Assembly (NCBI GenBank): GCA_963832165.1
Contig: CAWHTE010000002.1
Coordinates: 288,001 to 352,000, forward strand
DNA from: an uncultured delta proteobacterium
Lineage (GTDB): Bacteria; Myxococcota_A; UBA9160; SMWR01
Length of the DNA stretch: 64,000 nucleotides
Reading direction: 5' to 3'
The position numbers and the translations under genes were made by a program. The notes below the pieces were generated by a model that saw nothing but the letters and a program-made list of their open reading frames with translations, searched no databases and was not told the DNA's origin. This document shows positions 60,256 to 64,000 of the stretch, piece after piece (position 1 is the first letter of the stretch; every line of letters starts with the position of its first letter).

Positions 60256-61025
60256 ACGCGATCCAGGACCTCGGCCTGCGCACGATCACGCTGGTGTCAC
60301 ACCTCGGGCGCCTCGCGGCGTTCGTGATGCAGATCGGCCAGAACGCGGTCCGCCCGCCGTGGCGCGTGCAGCGCCTCGTCGACGAGATCTACGACGTGGG
60401 CGTGTTGTCGCTCGCGATCATCTGCCTCTCGGGCGCCACGGTCGGCGCGGTGCTCGGCCTGCAGGGCTATGTGACGCTTTCGCGCTTCGGCGCCGAGGGG
60501 TCGCTCGGCGCCGTGGTCGGGCTCTCGCTCGTGCGCGAGCTCGGCCCCGTGCTCACGGCGCTGCTCGTGACCGGGCGCGCGGGTTCGGCGATGGCGGCCG
60601 AGATCGCCTCGATGGTCACGACCGAGCAGCTCGATGGTCTGCGCATGATGTCGATCGATCCGGTCGACTTCGTGGTCAAGCCGAAGGCACTCGCGATGCT
60701 GATCGCGATGCCGATGCTGAACGCGCTGTTCATCGTGTTCGCGCTGTTCGGCGGCTATCTGGTCGGCGTGACGCTGCTGGGCGTCGACGGCGGAACCTAC
60801 GTATCGAGCATGGAGGGATCGATCAACTTCGAGGACGACATCGCCGGCACGCTGCTCAAGTCGGTCGTGTTTGGCGCGTTGGTCGGGATGATCGCGACCT
60901 ACCGCGGCTACACCAGCGCGCCCACCTCGGCAGGCGTCTCGAAGGCCACCACCGGAACGGTCGTGACGGGCTCGGTGGCGATTCTCTTGCTCGACTACGT
61001 GATCACCGCACTCTGGGGCGTCTAG
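60252..61025 (+). CDS. mlaE: MlaE-like permease
   Basis: LVRELGPVLTALLVTGRAGSA, EQLDGL, GVSKATTGTVV. Confidence 0.92.
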   Translation: MNAIQDLGLRTITLVSHLGRLAAFVMQIGQNAVRPPWRVQRLVDEIYDVGVLSLAIICLSGATVGAVLGLQGYVTLSRFGAEGSLGAVVGLSLVRELGPVLTALLVTGRAGSAMAAEIASMVTTEQLDGLRMMSIDPVDFVVKPKALAMLIAMPMLNALFIVFALFGGYLVGVTLLGVDGGTYVSSMEGSINFEDDIAGTLLKSVVFGALVGMIATYRGYTSAPTSAGVSKATTGTVVTGSVAILLLDYVITALWGV

Positions 61026-61064
61026 CCCGATCCCCGACATTTCCCCTTCGATCCGGAGACCCGC

Positions 61065-61544
61065 ATGCAGCCTTCACCCGTCCGCGACATGATCGTCGGT
61101 CTGTTCGTGGCGCTCGGCCTCGCCACCATCGCCTATCTGTCGATCCAGGTCGGCGGCGTCTCCTATTCCGGTCGCGGTGGGCTCGCGCTCCACGCGACGT
61201 TCGATCAGATCGGAGGGCTCAAGCCGCGCGCGCCCGTGTCGGTGGCGGGCGTGACGGTGGGCCAGGTGCGCGAGATCTCGCTCGACGAACGGCTGCGCGC
61301 GCGCGTGACGTTCGAGGTGGACGAGGACCTCGAGCTTCCGGTGGATACCTCCGCAGCGATCCACACCGCAGGACTGCTCGGCGACCAGTTCGTCGCGCTC
61401 GAGCCCGGCGGCGAGGACGAGCTGCTCACGAACGACGGCGAGATCGAGTTCACCGAGAGCGCGCTCTCGGTCGAGCGGCTGATCGGCAAGTTCGTGCACG
61501 ACTCGGGGATCGATTCGGGAGCGAAGGGGGCGGAATCGAAATGA
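61065..61544 (+). CDS. mlaD: MlaD MCE-domain protein
   Basis: FDQIGGLKPRAPVSVAGV.VG.V, TAGLLGDQFVALEPGG. Confidence 0.92.
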   Translation: MQPSPVRDMIVGLFVALGLATIAYLSIQVGGVSYSGRGGLALHATFDQIGGLKPRAPVSVAGVTVGQVREISLDERLRARVTFEVDEDLELPVDTSAAIHTAGLLGDQFVALEPGGEDELLTNDGEIEFTESALSVERLIGKFVHDSGIDSGAKGAESK

Positions 61545-62339
61545 ACACGGGCGCTCCCATGCGCGTCGCAGCCGGGATCGCGCTGCTCTCGGGCGCGCTC
61601 GCGGCGGCTGCGCGAGGCGCAGTCGGCTGCGGAGGTCGTCGGCGACAGCGCCGCGACCGAAGCGGAGCAGCGCGCCGTGCACGACCCGTGGGAGACGATG
61701 AATCGCGGGATCTTCGAGTTCAACGATCTATTGGACCGCTATCTGCTCGAGCCGGTCGCGACCGGCTGGAACGCCGTCGTTCCCGAGCCGGCGCAGCGCG
61801 GTATCGCCAATTTCTTCGCCAACCTCGCCACGCCGCGCCGGGTCGCGAACGATCTGTTCCAGGGCAAGCCGGAAAAGGCGGGCGACGACATCGGGCGCTT
61901 CCTGATCAACACCACGTTCGGCGTGCTCGGGCTGTTCGATCCGGCCAGTGCGGAGGGCATCGCTGCGGGCAACGAGGACTTCGGGCAGACGCTCGGGGTG
62001 TGGGGCTCGCCGGCGGGGCCCTATCTGGTGCTGCCGCTGTTCGGCCCCTCGAGCCCGCGCGACGCGGCCGGGCTCGCGGTCGACAGCTTCGCGCTATCGC
62101 CCGAGTTCTACGTCGTTCCGTGGTACGTGAGCGTGCCCACGTCGAGCACGCGCGTGATCAACGCGCGCTCGCTCGTGCTCGAGACCGTGCGCGCCGAGCG
62201 GGAGTCGGCGTTCGATTTCTACGCTGCGGTGCGGAGTGCATACGTTCAGTACCGCATCAACCAGGTTCGGGACCGCGCTGAAGAGCCGGAGGATCAGGAT
62301 GAAGACGAGGACTTCTATTACCTCGAGGACGAAGAGTGA
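61541..62339 (+). CDS. mlaA: MlaA/VacJ family protein; probable frameshift near 61610
   Basis: DPWETMNRGIF, RFLINTTFG, EDFGQTLG, GPYLVLPLFGPS..RD, DFYAAVRSAY.Q. Confidence 0.88.
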
Positions 62340-62946
62340 GATCGCGGCGCTGTGCGTCGCGCTCGTCGCGTTCCTCGGCGCTGCCGCGGCGAGTGCCGCC
62401 ACCGCGGCCACGCCGCCGGACAGCGCCAAGGCGCTGATCGAGAAGACGGTGGTGCAGGTGCTCGACGTGCTGCGCGACAAGTCGCGCAGCGCCGCGCAGC
62501 GCCGGCTCGAGCTCGAGAAGATCGCCCACGAGCGCTTCGACTTCCGCACGATGGCGCGGCTCGTGCTCGCGCGCGATTGGAAGCGGCTCGACGCCGCCAA
62601 ACGCGACGAGTTCGTCGATCACTTCACCACCTACCTCGCCAACGACTACGGCAGCCGAATCGACCGCTACCAGGAGCAGGACGTCAAAGTCATGGGCGAG
62701 CAGCCGAAGCCGCGCGGCGACGTGGAGGTGCGCACGAAGATCGTCGGCGGCGACAACAGCGGCGCGATCGTCGATTACCGCATGCGCAAGGGCAAGGACG
62801 GCTGGCGCATCATCGACGTCGTGATCGAGGGTATCAGCCTCGTGGCGAACTTCCGCGACCAGTTCCGCGAGGTCATCGCGCGCGGCGGACCCGAGGCGCT
62901 GCTGCAGAAGCTCAAGGAGAAGAACGCCGCGGCGGCCGAAGCGTGA
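62299..62946 (+). CDS. mlaC: MlaC phospholipid-binding protein
   Basis: FDFRTMARLVL, WRIIDVVIEGISLVANFRDQF. Confidence 0.9.
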   Translation: MKTRTSITSRTKSEIAALCVALVAFLGAAAASAATAATPPDSAKALIEKTVVQVLDVLRDKSRSAAQRRLELEKIAHERFDFRTMARLVLARDWKRLDAAKRDEFVDHFTTYLANDYGSRIDRYQEQDVKVMGEQPKPRGDVEVRTKIVGGDNSGAIVDYRMRKGKDGWRIIDVVIEGISLVANFRDQFREVIARGGPEALLQKLKEKNAAAAEA

Positions 62947-63768
62947 GCCCTTCGGCGGCGCGCGCGCTCGACGCGGCCGCGGTGCGCGCCCACCTCGAGC
63001 GGATCGCGCGGGACGGCTACACGATCGTCGAGGATGCGATCGAGCCCGAGCTGCTCGACGAGCTCTCCGGGGATCTCCTGCGCCTGGAGCGGGAGCTGCG
63101 GATCACCCCGGCGCAGAACGCGTTCGAGGGCACGAAGACCGTGCGCATCTACAACCTGCTCGTGCACGGCGCCTGCTACGAGCGGATCCCGGTCCACCCG
63201 AGTGTGCTGCCGATCGTCGAGGGCGTGCTCGACGCCGGATGCCTGATCTCTTCGCTCTCGTCGATCAGCATCGGGCCCGGACGAAACGCCACAGCCGATC
63301 CACGCCGACGACATGGTGATCCCGCTCGCGAAGCCGCACAACGCGATCATCTGCAACTCGATGTGGGCGCTCACGGACTTCACGGACGAGAACGGTGCGA
63401 CGCGGCTCGTGCCCGGCTCGCATCTGCGCGACTCGCCGACCTACGGCTCCGATGTCGAGAGCGTGCCTGCACAGATGCGCCGCGGCAGCGTGCTGATCTG
63501 GCACGGGAGCCTGTGGCACGGTGGCGGCGCGAACCGCACCCGCGAGCGCCGTGTCGGCATCGCCATGAACTACTGCGCGGGCTTCATCCGCCAGCAGGAG
63601 AATCAGCAGCTCGGGATTCCGCGCGAGATCGCGAGCCGATTCTCGCCGCGCCTGCGCGAGCTCGTCGGATACGGCGTCTACCGCGGCCTGATCGGACACA
63701 TCGACAAGCACAGCCCGGCCGAGCTGCTCTCGGCGCCGATCGGATCGAAGATGATCTGGGATCACTGA
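62943..63768 (+). CDS. Phytanoyl-CoA dioxygenase family (Fe/2OG); frameshift near 63274
   Basis: RDGYTIVEDAI, IYNLL; after the shift QPIHADD, WALTDFTDENGAT..PGSH, WHGGGAN, RQQENQ. Confidence 0.85.
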
Positions 63769-63787
63769 TCCCGCCACGCGGCTCTTG

Positions 63788-64000
63788 CTACGGCCGGCCG
63801 CGCGACTCGCCGCGCACGAGCGCGTGCGCGAACAGGTGGGCGAGGCGCAGCGGCTCGGGCAGATCCGACTTCGCGCGCGTGCGCGCGATCAGCTCCGCGG
63901 CGAGCTCGGGTGCGCCGCCCGCAATGCTCGCGCGCAGTCCGCCCGGCAGGGCGATCGACGGAGGCGCTGCCGCGAGCAGCGCGGCGCGGTCGGGGAAGCC
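63788..64000 (-). CDS. DUF99 (endonuclease dU-like) protein, 3' part only
   Basis: Manual translation ...SDLPEPLRLAHLFAHALVRGESRGRP*; PEPLRxAH is typical of the DUF99 C-terminus. Confidence 0.6.
   Translation of the reverse strand, partial: GFPDRAALLAAAPPSIALPGGLRASIAGGAPELAAELIARTRAKSDLPEPLRLAHLFAHALVRGESRGRP

Noticed and set aside
1..64000. CRISPR array, rRNA, insertion sequences
   Set aside because: No regularly spaced repeats, rRNA-like tracts or transposase motifs were seen.

Overview
High-GC (roughly 70% by eye) diderm bacterial DNA. The mix of TonB receptor, Mla, PEP-CTERM, F420-dependent enzymes and a RoxA-like protein suggests a Myxococcota/deltaproteobacterial-type organism (inference). 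The left part (1-25 kb) holds lipid, steroid and isoprenoid catabolic and F420 genes, a RoxA/RoxB-like diheme oxygenase, a RuBisCO-like protein and a gene inserted between two copies of a tetR 3' end. From 27.7 to 58.6 kb lies a large phosphate-starvation cluster: phoBR, ppk1, an atypical PhoB paralog, sixA, CYTH-CHAD, a TonB receptor with secreted partners, a porin, pstSCAB-phoU and an alkaline phosphatase, with several 11-bp-periodic Pho-box-like arrays. An mla operon follows. The most striking observations are: (i) an 84-aa membrane or exported microprotein carrying a diverged copy of the plug segment of the adjacent TonB receptor, behind its own Pho-box array; (ii) a ~44-bp dispersed repeat with a covarying GAA mini-hairpin, inserted in frame in three unrelated genes; (iii) a PhoB paralog with Asp->Glu at the phosphoacceptor; (iv) an internally deleted SqdX-like glycosyltransferase. 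About nine single-base frameshifts in otherwise intact genes most likely reflect sequencing or assembly error. No rRNA, intact tRNA, CRISPR array or transposase was recognised.
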